DNA of 63,436 nt from Alphaproteobacteria bacterium (GCA_049615605.1 JBMZFW010000001.1:1-63436); one strand, 5' to 3'; counted from the stretch's first letter, positions 1-9,539 are shown. Made by a program: numbers and translations. Notes: generated by a model not told the origin, from the letters alone.

Positions 1-1251
1 GAAACAATTCCAAATGAAATTACTTGGAATGCTAGAAACCCTGAAAAAACAGTATCATTTGGTAATGGTAAAGCTGTATTTGGTCCATTTACTGGTGCCC
101 CGTTTATTCAAGACCTTGACGGTGTTCGTCGTTCTGGTTCAATTAAAGATTTAAATGATATGCACAGACTAGCCCACATGTCACAAGGCTTGCAACATGT
201 ATCACATGTGCTTTGTGAACCAATGGATATCCCTGCTTCACACAGACACTTACACATTACATACAGTTCATTGAAAAACAGTGATAAGGCAATTATGGGT
301 ATGTCAACGGGTGCTGAAAGGTCTGATGATGTTCTGGCAATGCTTGATATTGTATTTGGCAAAGAATTTGTTGATAACAACCCTGTTGTTGTTGCCAACT
401 GTAATGGTAACAGCCCGCTTGTATGGGATGATACTATGCTTGGTGCGGTTCGTTCGTATGCTAGCCGTGGACAAGTTTGTTTAATGAGCCCATTTATCTT
501 AGGTGGTGCAAATACCCCTGCTGATGTATTGGCATCTGTTGCACAATTAAATGCCGAAGCACTTGCGGGTCTTGCTTACACTCAAGTTGTTAAGAAAGGT
601 GCCCCTGCTATTTACGGGCATTATACAGCAACGGTTTCAATGAAGTCTGGTGCACCGATGGCCGGCACACCAGAAATTTCATTAATTAACTATGCAGTTG
701 GACAAATGGCAAGGTTTTATGGTGTTCCGTGGCGTACGACTGGTTCACAGTCTGGTTCAAAAGTATTTGATGCACAAATGGGTTATGAAGCCGCAACAGC
801 AATGCATATGGCAGTTAATGCAAACTGTAACTTTGTATGGCATGCTGTTGGCTGGACAGAAGCTGGTATGGTTTGTTCAATGCCAAAAATGGTGGCAGAT
901 GCGGAACAAGTATTAATGGTGCAAAAAATGGGTGCAGGCGTTAAGTGGGATAAATACGACGATGCGGTTGAAAGTGTTTACAATGTTGGTCCTGGCGGGC
1001 ACTACTTAGGTGAGGAATTCACACAAAACAACTTCCAAGACGCATTTATTATGCCAGATATTCCAGATAACAATTCAATTGAACAATGGGAACTGGAAGG
1101 TTCAAAAGATATGTTCCAAAGGTCTTGTGAAAAAGGTAAACAAATATTAAAGGACTTTATTGAACCAGCGATTGACCCAGCAATTGACCAAGCATTGCTT
1201 GATTTTATTGCAAAGCGTGAAAAAGAAATTGATCCAAATACTTATGAATAA
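1..1251 (+). CDS. MttB-superfamily (trimethylamine/quaternary amine) methyltransferase, non-pyrrolysine type; 5' end outside the window
   Basis: Frame 1 is open from base 1 (ETIPNEITWNARNPEK...) and runs into listed ORF 160..1251. The protein is recognisably MttB family. There is no in-frame TAG. Stop TAA at 1249-1251. Confidence 0.85.
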   Translation, partial: ETIPNEITWNARNPEKTVSFGNGKAVFGPFTGAPFIQDLDGVRRSGSIKDLNDMHRLAHMSQGLQHVSHVLCEPMDIPASHRHLHITYSSLKNSDKAIMGMSTGAERSDDVLAMLDIVFGKEFVDNNPVVVANCNGNSPLVWDDTMLGAVRSYASRGQVCLMSPFILGGANTPADVLASVAQLNAEALAGLAYTQVVKKGAPAIYGHYTATVSMKSGAPMAGTPEISLINYAVGQMARFYGVPWRTTGSQSGSKVFDAQMGYEAATAMHMAVNANCNFVWHAVGWTEAGMVCSMPKMVADAEQVLMVQKMGAGVKWDKYDDAVESVYNVGPGGHYLGEEFTQNNFQDAFIMPDIPDNNSIEQWELEGSKDMFQRSCEKGKQILKDFIEPAIDPAIDQALLDFIAKREKEIDPNTYE

Positions 1252-1262
1252 GGAGTTTGAAA

Positions 1263-2024
1263 ATGTTTGAAAATAAAACTGTAATTATAACTGGGGCTTG
1301 TGGCGGTATTGGATTATCGCTGTGTGAAAAGTTTCAAAATCTTGGGGCAAATCTTGTCTTAACTGATATCAACGAAGAATCACTTAATGAATTAGTCGCA
1401 AAAATTAACAATAACAATAATGTTGTTGGTGTTGCGGGTAACATTGCAGAAAAATCAGTTTGTGAAAAAATTATTGATACAGCGGTTAAAACATTTAACC
1501 GTATTGACATATTGGTTAATAACGCAGGCGTAATCCCCCGTGGTTCAATCGAAGAAACAACAGATGAAATGTGGGATTTGGCAATGGGTGTTAATGTAAC
1601 TGCCCTATTTTACCTTTGCCGTGGTGCATTCCCACACTTAAAGAAAAATGAAGGTGCTAATATTATTAACACAAGTTCAATGTGGGGTCTGTATCCAGGT
1701 CCGAACCACATTGCATATATTACAGCAAAAGGTGCAGTTGCCGTATTTACAAAATCATTAGCAAGAGATTTTGCCCCACACGGTATTCGTGTTAATGCGG
1801 TTGCCCCAAATGAGGTTAATACACCGATGCTTCGTTCTGGTTTTGAAAAGCGTGGTTTTGATGCGGAAAATGGTATTAAAGAATTAAATAAAACTGTACC
1901 ACTTGGTCGCATTGCAGAACCAGAAGATATTGCGGATTTAACTATATTCTTGGCTTCAGATAATGCTAGATATGTAACAGGTGAAGTAATTGAATTGTCT
2001 GGATGTAAGCCAGTTTCAGGATAA
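1263..2024 (+). CDS. Short-chain dehydrogenase/reductase (SDR)
   Basis: Listed ORF 1257..2024. N-terminal TGACGGIG Rossmann motif and YxxxK (YITAK). I prefer ATG 1263, 7 nt after AAGGAG (1250-1255), over the TTG at 1257. Confidence 0.85.
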   Translation: MFENKTVIITGACGGIGLSLCEKFQNLGANLVLTDINEESLNELVAKINNNNNVVGVAGNIAEKSVCEKIIDTAVKTFNRIDILVNNAGVIPRGSIEETTDEMWDLAMGVNVTALFYLCRGAFPHLKKNEGANIINTSSMWGLYPGPNHIAYITAKGAVAVFTKSLARDFAPHGIRVNAVAPNEVNTPMLRSGFEKRGFDAENGIKELNKTVPLGRIAEPEDIADLTIFLASDNARYVTGEVIELSGCKPVSG

Positions 2025-2036
2025 GGAATAATAGAT

Positions 2037-2786
2037 ATGTTAGAAAATAAAGTTATATTGGTAACAGGTGGTGGTCGTGGTATCGGTTTGGGCATCACAA
2101 ACACATTATTAAAATACAATGCAAAGGTTATCGTGGCACAACGCAACAATGTGCCTGCCGAATTAGAAGGTAAAGTTGATTTTGTAAAGGCTGATTTTTC
2201 AGATACAAACAGCCCTGCCACAGTGGCTGAATACATATCGGCAAATTATGACCACATTGATGGTATTGTAAATAATGCAGGAATTATGTGGGAAAAACAT
2301 TTGGAAGATATGACGCAACAAGATTACGACCAAATGATGCAAATAAATACATCAACACCAATCTTTTTAACAAAAGCATTATTGCCATTATTAAAAAAAT
2401 CAAAAGCTGGTTCAGTGGTAAACATTGGTTCAATCGAAGGAATCCAATCAAACCCAGAACACATTGCATATGGCACATCAAAAGGTGCTGTCCATAGCGC
2501 AACAATAAATATGGCTGATGACTTGGGTAAATTTAACATCAGGGTGAATTCAATAGCACCAGGTTGGATTACATCGGACTTGGCGGAAAATTACATCAAT
2601 TCCCAACAAGATCCAGAAGCAGCCCTGCAAGCATTAATCAAATTGCATCCAGTTGGTCGTGTCGGTCAACCAGAAGACATCGGCGGTGTAGTAGCATTCC
2701 TGATGAACGAAGATTTATCAGCATTTGTAACTGCGCAAATAATAGTGGTTGATGGCGGAAGAACAAGTAAAATACCACTGTTTTAA
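2037..2786 (+). CDS. Short-chain dehydrogenase/reductase (SDR)
   Basis: Listed ORF. TGGGRGIG motif and YGTSK catalytic motif. Lies 12 nt after the previous SDR. Confidence 0.85.
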   Translation: MLENKVILVTGGGRGIGLGITNTLLKYNAKVIVAQRNNVPAELEGKVDFVKADFSDTNSPATVAEYISANYDHIDGIVNNAGIMWEKHLEDMTQQDYDQMMQINTSTPIFLTKALLPLLKKSKAGSVVNIGSIEGIQSNPEHIAYGTSKGAVHSATINMADDLGKFNIRVNSIAPGWITSDLAENYINSQQDPEAALQALIKLHPVGRVGQPEDIGGVVAFLMNEDLSAFVTAQIIVVDGGRTSKIPLF

Positions 2787-2787
2787 T

Positions 2788-2811
2788 AAAGATTTAAATT
2801 TATAAATCTTT
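2788..2811. terminator. AT-rich hairpin between convergent genes; possible bidirectional terminator
   Basis: AAAGATTTA/TAAATCTTT 9-bp stem with a 6-nt loop. It starts 2 nt after the plus-strand stop and covers the last codons of the minus-strand gene. The stem is weak because it is all A/T except one pair. Confidence 0.3.
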
Positions 2812-4125
2812 ACCAGCCTTCCAAGTTTTATATGCAAGAACTGTTTTTGCACCAATTGACATAAATGGTTCTGGGAATAACTTGCTTGGCTGGTCTTGAT
2901 TTAATAATCCATCAATAAATTCATTTTTATGACCAGATAAGTATTCTGCCATTGTTATACCTTGGGCTGTCCCTTTTGCTAAACCAAGACCATTTTGCAC
3001 CGATGCTGTGTATACATTTTCTGAAACTTCGCCAAATACACTTACATGATTACGCGATAAACAAAGATTACCACCCCAAGTGTATTCAAGTTCCATTCCC
3101 TTAAACATTGGAAACCTTAAATCAAAGGCTTGTCTATGCAATCGTAAATGTTTATCAATTTGATTTTGCTTAACATCAAGGTTTGGGCTGTAAATTGCTT
3201 GGTTGCGAACCAATATGCGACCATCACGGGTTTTTCGCATACTTGAACCCAATGGATCCGCTGGTGTTAACGACCACGCTTCAACCCCACCAAGTGTTTT
3301 TAATTCTTTGTCTGTTAACTGTCTAGTCATTGAACCAGTTAAGACAATATTCATCAATCTGTTCTTTTTATAACCAAATGATTCTAAGTGACCATTCGTT
3401 GTTAATATGATTTTCCCCGCACTTACAGAACCATTTTCTGTTTTTACCATTGGATTTTTACCGTCTTCAAAGGCAACAACAGATGTATTTTCAAATAACT
3501 TAACATTCTTTGGTAAGTTGTCCGCCATTATCATATGATATTTTGCTGGCTGTAATATTGGGCAATGGGGCGTTTTAATTCCCATAGTATAATAATCTAT
3601 ACCAAGGTGCTTTTTCATATCTGTGGCATCAAGCACATCGTATTTTTCACCAATTGCATCAAGACCAGATGTATATGTTTTTAAATCATTTTCCCCGTCA
3701 CTACCTGCGGCGGCGTGGTATTTACCATCAATTGAAAATGCAACCTTATCCATCTTAAATTGTTTTGCCTTTTTTGTGGCAAAGGCAATGGCATAACGAT
3801 TAAATTTTATTTCGGCTAAGTCCGTATCATAACCAGATGAATATGAATCAGATGATAAATTATGTGGTAAATCAATCATAAAGCCAGAATTACGACCACA
3901 AGCCCCAAAACCAATAACCAATGATTCCAATAATACGATGGAAGCTTTTGGATTTAATTCCGCCAATCTGTGTGCGGTTGCAAGCCCCGAAACACCAGCA
4001 CCAACAATTACATAATCAGCGGTAATGTTTGATTTTAAAGCAGGCTTAGGTTTTCGTTTGTATGATGTTTCAAACCAACCAGAACCTGGTAAATCTTTTG
4101 GGAATCTAGATACTTGTTTAATCAT
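2800..4125 (-). CDS. FAD-dependent oxidoreductase (DadA/PuuB-like amine or imino-acid oxidase/dehydrogenase)
   Basis: Listed ORF, 441 aa. N-terminal dinucleotide fold VIVGAGVSGLATA. Overlaps the upstream ALDH stop by 8 nt (ATGATTAA). Confidence 0.8.
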   Translation of the reverse strand: MIKQVSRFPKDLPGSGWFETSYKRKPKPALKSNITADYVIVGAGVSGLATAHRLAELNPKASIVLLESLVIGFGACGRNSGFMIDLPHNLSSDSYSSGYDTDLAEIKFNRYAIAFATKKAKQFKMDKVAFSIDGKYHAAAGSDGENDLKTYTSGLDAIGEKYDVLDATDMKKHLGIDYYTMGIKTPHCPILQPAKYHMIMADNLPKNVKLFENTSVVAFEDGKNPMVKTENGSVSAGKIILTTNGHLESFGYKKNRLMNIVLTGSMTRQLTDKELKTLGGVEAWSLTPADPLGSSMRKTRDGRILVRNQAIYSPNLDVKQNQIDKHLRLHRQAFDLRFPMFKGMELEYTWGGNLCLSRNHVSVFGEVSENVYTASVQNGLGLAKGTAQGITMAEYLSGHKNEFIDGLLNQDQPSKLFPEPFMSIGAKTVLAYKTWKAGKDL

Positions 4126-5620
4126 CGCTCATATCAAGCCAGATTGTTTTGGTGTTTGTGTATCCTTCTAATGCTTCTAGACCTTTATCACGACCACCAA
4201 AGCCAGACATTTTATATCCGCCAAATGGCGTAACAACACTGCCTTCGCCAAAGCAATTTACCGTTACAGTCCCTGCTTTGATTTGCCCTGCAACTTTATG
4301 TGCTTTGCGTAAATCATTTGTAAAGACTGAACCTGCAAGACCATATTCCGTATCATTGGCTAGCTCAACCGCGTGTTCATCGCTGTCTGCGGTAATAATT
4401 GAAAGAACAGGACCAAAAATTTCTTCTTTATAAACTTTCATATTTGGTTTTACATTATCAAATACAACAGGTGATACAAAGTATCCTGTTTTACCAACCT
4501 TTTCACCACCGCATAATAATTTAGCACCCTGTTTTTTACCAGATGCAATATAATCCATTATTCTTTTATAATGAACTTTGCTTACCAATGGACCGTGGTT
4601 TGATTTTGGATCCATATGTGAACCAACTGAAAGCTTCTTAACCTTTTGTACAATACGCTTTGTTAATTCAGCTTTTAGTTTTTTGTGAATAATTACACGG
4701 CTTCCTGCTGAACAGTTTTGCCCCATATTCCAGAAACCAGCTGCAATTGCGTGTTCGGCAATATCGTCAAGGTTTTTAGCATCAGCTAGAACAACAAATG
4801 GTGATTTACCACCAAGTTCAAGAACAACTTCTTTTAAATTTGAATCTGCTGAATATTTTAAGAAGTGCTTACCAACGGCTGTTGAGCCAGTGAAGCTAAT
4901 CATATCAATATCCATATGCATACCCATTGCTTTACCAACATCCGCACCCGCACCCGGTAAAATTTGTAACACACCATCTGGCATTCCTGCTTCTTGGGCA
5001 AGTTCAGCAACGCGTAAAGTTGACATTGCTGTATTTTCAGATGGTTTAACAATAATTGAATTACCCGTTGCAAGGGCTGGACCAACTTTCCACGCAAACA
5101 TAAGTAATGGGAAATTCCATGGCAGAACCGCACCAACAACACCCGCTGGTTCTTTTACAATCATTGATACAGCTGTATCACCAGTTGGTGCAACTTTATC
5201 AAACACCTTATCCACAGTTTCTGCGTACCAAATTAATGTATGGATTGTTTCTGGTAAATCAACATTAACACAATCATTAATTGGTTTACCGCTTTCGTAT
5301 GCTTCAATCGCAGCAATTTCATGGATATGCTTTTTAATTAATTTTGCCCAACGAATTAAGATTTCTTTTCTTTCATCAAGACACATCTTAGACCAAGCAC
5401 CACTTTTAAAAGTTCTTCTTGCTCTTTTAACTGCTAAATCAACATCATCTTTTCCGCAAGATGCTATTTTTGCAATTACTTTTTCTGTTTCTGGGCAAAT
5501 GCTATCATAAGTTTTCTTTGACTTAGCAGATACAAATTTGCCGTCTATCCAAGCCATTTTTGGCAAACGAACATTATCAATAATATTTAAATATTCAGTT
5601 TTTGTTAATAAATCAGTCAT
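4118..5620 (-). CDS. NAD(P)-dependent aldehyde dehydrogenase (PuuC-like / semialdehyde dehydrogenase type)
   Basis: Listed ORF, 500 aa. ALDH hallmarks ELGGKSP and the catalytic Cys context GQNCSAGSR. Confidence 0.88.
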   Translation of the reverse strand: MTDLLTKTEYLNIIDNVRLPKMAWIDGKFVSAKSKKTYDSICPETEKVIAKIASCGKDDVDLAVKRARRTFKSGAWSKMCLDERKEILIRWAKLIKKHIHEIAAIEAYESGKPINDCVNVDLPETIHTLIWYAETVDKVFDKVAPTGDTAVSMIVKEPAGVVGAVLPWNFPLLMFAWKVGPALATGNSIIVKPSENTAMSTLRVAELAQEAGMPDGVLQILPGAGADVGKAMGMHMDIDMISFTGSTAVGKHFLKYSADSNLKEVVLELGGKSPFVVLADAKNLDDIAEHAIAAGFWNMGQNCSAGSRVIIHKKLKAELTKRIVQKVKKLSVGSHMDPKSNHGPLVSKVHYKRIMDYIASGKKQGAKLLCGGEKVGKTGYFVSPVVFDNVKPNMKVYKEEIFGPVLSIITADSDEHAVELANDTEYGLAGSVFTNDLRKAHKVAGQIKAGTVTVNCFGEGSVVTPFGGYKMSGFGGRDKGLEALEGYTNTKTIWLDMSDD

Positions 5621-5631
5621 TTTTTGTATCC

Positions 5632-6567
5632 TTACTTTTTATATTTTTCAATGGCGATTGCCACATTTTCTTCCACACGACCAATAACTTCTGTTAATGT
5701 GCGAATTAAATCTTTTTCTTTGCGTAATTTTCTTAATGGTTTACGAACTTCACCAGCTGGAATGCCTTTTAATTTGTTACCATATTTAATACATTGAACA
5801 AATTTACCGCCCTGTTCCAGTATTTGCATTAATGGCATCATAGCCGACATTATTTCACGACCTTTATCAAAATTCTTTTCTTCCACACAAGCTTTGTATA
5901 ATGCAATGTGTTCTTTTGGTAGGAAGTTTGACGCAGCACAAATCCAACTTGTTGCACCCCAAGCAAAGAATTCCAAGGCTTGGTCGTCCATACCACAACA
6001 TAATTGAATGTGTGGATAATCCCTTGCCACCATATGTAATCTGTTAATATCACCAGAACTTTCCTTAATTGCAATAACATTACCACTTCGGCAAACTGCA
6101 TCAAGAACGGTTTTTGTCATATTAACACCAACCCTGTCAGGGAAGTTATATAAAACAATTGGCATATCAATATTGGCATCAATTGTTGTAAGGTGATAAA
6201 TTAATTCATCTTCATCAGGCATTGCATAATATGGCGAACCAAGTAATACAGCGTCAGCCCCTATTTTCTTAGCCTCTAGCCCAAGTGAAATTGCGTCTTC
6301 TGTACGAAGCGCACCAATACCAAGTGTAAGGAATGCTTTTTTACCAACAACTTCTTTGGCAATTTTCCAAGTAAGAATTCTTTCTTCTTTGCTAAGCGCA
6401 TAATATTCACCAGTTGTACCGCCGATTACAATACCATCAACCCCTGCTTTAAGCAGTTTTTGCAATACTTCTTTAAAGCCGTCTACATCAATTGAATAAT
6501 CATCATTAAATGGGGTAACAGCTGGGGCGTGAATGCCTGTATATTTAATATTTTTCATTATTTTCAT
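5632..6567 (-). CDS. DHDPS/N-acetylneuraminate-lyase family class I aldolase/deaminase (DapA-like)
   Basis: Listed ORF, 311 aa. GTTGE motif and Schiff-base lysine context AIKESSGD. An alternative ATG lies 9 nt downstream. Confidence 0.8.
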   Translation of the reverse strand: MKIMKNIKYTGIHAPAVTPFNDDYSIDVDGFKEVLQKLLKAGVDGIVIGGTTGEYYALSKEERILTWKIAKEVVGKKAFLTLGIGALRTEDAISLGLEAKKIGADAVLLGSPYYAMPDEDELIYHLTTIDANIDMPIVLYNFPDRVGVNMTKTVLDAVCRSGNVIAIKESSGDINRLHMVARDYPHIQLCCGMDDQALEFFAWGATSWICAASNFLPKEHIALYKACVEEKNFDKGREIMSAMMPLMQILEQGGKFVQCIKYGNKLKGIPAGEVRKPLRKLRKEKDLIRTLTEVIGRVEENVAIAIEKYKK

Positions 6568-6592
6568 ATGTCCCTTAATTATTTATATAAAA

Positions 6593-6621
6593 ATGTTATC
6601 GTATGGACTTATCATAGTCAA
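6593..6621 (-). promoter_or_regulatory. Sigma-70-like promoter for the DapA-like/ALDH/FAD-oxidoreductase operon
   Basis: Minus strand reads TTGACT, 17 nt, TAACAT. It lies about 25 nt upstream of the ATG at 6567. Confidence 0.45.
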
Positions 6622-6670
6622 TTAACAAATAACTTTTTTAACTTTTTATTACCCCCATATGACTTTAAAT

Positions 6671-6704
6671 AAAAAAAGCCCCTGTTAATTTAACAAGGGC
6701 TTTT
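6671..6704 (-). terminator. Intrinsic terminator after glnA
   Basis: GCCCCTGTTAA / TTAACAAGGGC stem with 1 mismatch. On the minus strand it is followed by a T7 run. It lies 20 nt after the glnA stop. Confidence 0.7.
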
Positions 6705-6723
6705 AATTAATATTTATTAAATA

Positions 6724-8136
6724 TTAGCAATCGTAATACATTTCGTATTCAATTGGGTGTGGCATTTGTTCATAAGTGTGAACTTCATCCCACTTTAATG
6801 CAAGGTAGCTATCAATAAATTCATTACTGAATACACCACCTTCTGTTAAGAACGAACGATCCGCATCAAGGCTATCAAGTGCTTCGCGTAATGAACCAGC
6901 AACCGTTGGAATTTCTTTTAATTCTTCAGCTGGTAAGTCGTATAAGTCCTTATCCATTGCTTCACCTGGGTGAATTTTGTTTTTAATACCGTCAATACCC
7001 GCCATTAATAATGCAGTGTATGCAAGGTATGGATTTGCAGCTGGGTCTGGGAATCTAACCTCAACACGCTTTGCTTTTGGATTAGATGCGTGTGGGATAC
7101 GACAAGATGCCGAACGGTTAGATGCAGAATATGCAAGTAATACTGGTGCTTCAAAACCTGGTACTAAACGCTTGTAAGAGTTCGTTGATGGGTTTGTGAA
7201 TGCGTTTAATGCTTTGGCGTGCTTAATTACACCACCGATGTAGTATAAACAAGTATCTGATAAATCAGCATAACCATTACCAGCAAATGTATTTTCGCCG
7301 TCTTTCCAGATTGATTGGTGTACGTGCATACCAGTACCATTATCACCAAATACAGGCTTTGGCATAAATGTAGCAGACTTACCAAATTGTTTTGCAACAT
7401 TTTGTACAACGTGCTTGTACTTTTGCATCATATCGCCACATTCAATTAAAGTATCAAATTTTGTACCTAATTCGTGTTGTGCAGATGCAACTTCGTGGTG
7501 GTGCTTTTCCATTGGAATACCAAATTCAAGACCAGTTGTTACCATTTCCGCACGGATATCAACACATTTATCAAGTGGTAATGTTGGGATATAACCGCCT
7601 TTTTTCTTAATGTGGAAACCGTCGTTGCCGTCTGGGTATTCAGTGGCTGTGTTTGTATGTAATTCTTCGTCATCAACAACAAATCCCGTTGCGTGTGGTT
7701 CAACCGACCAACGAACATCATCAAACATAAAGAATTCAGCTTCTGGACCAAAGTATACAGTATCACCGATACCTTGTGCTTCCATATACGAAAGACCACG
7801 CTTTGCAATTGAACGTGGGTCACGGTCATAACCTTGACCAGTTGAAGGTTCAGCAACATTACAAATTAAGATTAATTGTGGGTGACCTGTGAATGGGTCC
7901 ATAACCGCTGTATCTAAATCAGGGATTAATAACATATCTGAATCATCAATAGTCTTCCAACCAGCAATAGATGAACCATCAAACATAATACCTTCTTCTA
8001 ACATATCTTCGTCAACAGTTGACACGTGCTGTGTCATGTGGTGCCAACGACCAAGTGTGTCAGTAAATCGAAAATCAACGAATTCAACGTTGTATTCTTC
8101 ATACATTTTTAAAATATCTTTTACAGTGTTTGCCAT
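6724..8136 (-). CDS. glnA: Glutamine synthetase type I
   Basis: Listed ORF 6724..8142. Classic GSI sequence including the adenylylation-site context KDLYDLP. I prefer ATG 8136, 8 nt after AAGGAG, over the TTG at 8142. Confidence 0.95.
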   Translation of the reverse strand: MANTVKDILKMYEEYNVEFVDFRFTDTLGRWHHMTQHVSTVDEDMLEEGIMFDGSSIAGWKTIDDSDMLLIPDLDTAVMDPFTGHPQLILICNVAEPSTGQGYDRDPRSIAKRGLSYMEAQGIGDTVYFGPEAEFFMFDDVRWSVEPHATGFVVDDEELHTNTATEYPDGNDGFHIKKKGGYIPTLPLDKCVDIRAEMVTTGLEFGIPMEKHHHEVASAQHELGTKFDTLIECGDMMQKYKHVVQNVAKQFGKSATFMPKPVFGDNGTGMHVHQSIWKDGENTFAGNGYADLSDTCLYYIGGVIKHAKALNAFTNPSTNSYKRLVPGFEAPVLLAYSASNRSASCRIPHASNPKAKRVEVRFPDPAANPYLAYTALLMAGIDGIKNKIHPGEAMDKDLYDLPAEELKEIPTVAGSLREALDSLDADRSFLTEGGVFSNEFIDSYLALKWDEVHTYEQMPHPIEYEMYYDC

Positions 8137-8156
8137 TTTCAAGTCTCCTTATTTAA

Positions 8157-8513
<357 letters not shown>

Positions 8514-8518
8514 CTATA

Positions 8519-8534
8519 TGCAAAAAATGTGCCA
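8519..8534 (-). promoter_or_regulatory. Sigma-54 (-24/-12) promoter for glnB-glnA
   Basis: Minus strand reads TGGCAC-ATTTT-TTGCA, an exact fit to TGGCAC-N5-TTGCA. It lies 24 nt upstream of the glnB ATG. Confidence 0.7.
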
Positions 8535-8715
8535 ATTATTATATTTTTTTAATTTTTCATATATTTCCCCAAGAAAACTAGGGAATTTAAAAATATTAAC
8601 AAAGTTGTTTAATTATTGCAATCGTATAATAATGCTTAAAAAATACTCAAAACTTGTTTAATTTGCATAAAAAATAGGCATAAAAAAACCCTGCATACAA
8701 AATACAAGGTTTTTA

Positions 8716-8793
8716 TGGGGTGGCTAAGGGGATTTGAACCCCCGACCTCCGGTACCACAAACCGGCGCTCTAACCAACTGAGCTATAGCCACC
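8716..8793 (-). tRNA. tRNA-His (GTG) with genomically encoded G-1 and CCA
   Basis: Folded by hand. G-1 lies opposite C73. Acceptor GTGGCTA/TAGCCAC, anticodon stem CCGGT/ACCGG with loop TTGTGGT, T-loop TTCAAAT, 3' CCA. Confidence 0.92.
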
Positions 8794-8828
8794 ATCAATT
8801 GATTGTTATCTATTTATATGTTTCTTTG

Positions 8829-9539
8829 TTAAAGGTCAATACTAAAATTTAATTTTAACCAGTCTTTAAATATTTTTTGCGTTTCTTTTGGAAATTCAAT
8901 TGGTGACATATGACCGCACCCTTTAATTTCATGATATTTCGAATTTGGCGAAGTTGCTGAAATCTCTTGCAATAAATGTGGCGGGGTTATTAAATCACCA
9001 TCCCCTGCTATACAAGCAATTGGAATATTTGTATCTTTTAACATTTCCAAGTGGTCAGTTCTTGATATGATCGCTTGCTGTTGACGGATAAACACATCAA
9101 GACCACATTCAACCGCCATCTTTGCCAACAAATCCCTTAACTCTTGGTTATTTCGCTGTTCATCGCCAAGTATACTATCAATAATTGGTTTTGAAACACC
9201 AATAAACCTGCCTTTTTTTGACATTTCAATCTTTTTAAGACGTTCTTCTATGTTCTTTTCAGTGGGCTTCCTTGCACCTGTATTAAACAATACCAAACCC
9301 TTTACCCTGTTTGGTGCTTGGTTTAATAATTCCAAAGCACAATAACCACCCATTGATAAACCAACGGCAATTATATCCCCATTTACATTTTCAAGAATAT
9401 CATTTGCCATGTTAGTTAAATTATCAAAGTGAAATGTATCAGCGTGATAAACAGAAACCTTATTGCCAATAACATTGATAAGGTTGTTGAATATGTTTTG
9501 AGTATTTAAAACACCAGGGATAAAAACTATTGTTGTCAT
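8829..9539 (-). CDS. Alpha/beta-fold hydrolase
   Basis: Listed ORF, 236 aa. Nucleophile elbow GLSMGG. C-terminal His context GCGHM. Confidence 0.75.
   Translation of the reverse strand: MTTIVFIPGVLNTQNIFNNLINVIGNKVSVYHADTFHFDNLTNMANDILENVNGDIIAVGLSMGGYCALELLNQAPNRVKGLVLFNTGARKPTEKNIEERLKKIEMSKKGRFIGVSKPIIDSILGDEQRNNQELRDLLAKMAVECGLDVFIRQQQAIISRTDHLEMLKDTNIPIACIAGDGDLITPPHLLQEISATSPNSKYHEIKGCGHMSPIEFPKETQKIFKDWLKLNFSIDL

Noticed and set aside
1-1251. Possible pyrrolysine (in-frame TAG) in the MttB-family gene
   Set aside because: Frame 1 is uninterrupted to the TAA at 1249-1251. There is no in-frame amber codon, so this is a non-Pyl family member.
6011-6019. Perfect DnaA box TGTGGATAA, plus an 8/9 match TTATCCACT at 34753-34761, as a hint of a replication origin
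   Set aside because: These are single isolated boxes inside coding sequence. There is no cluster, no AT-rich unwinding element with flanking boxes, and no origin-associated genes. Chance occurrences are expected.
8703-8715. Possible weak terminator hairpin after tRNA-His (CCTTG...CAGGG followed by T7 on the minus strand, about 8683-8712)
   Set aside because: The stem is only 5-6 bp with a G-T pair and an 11-nt loop. It is too weak to call as a feature and it overlaps the GCATA repeats, so it is left unresolved.
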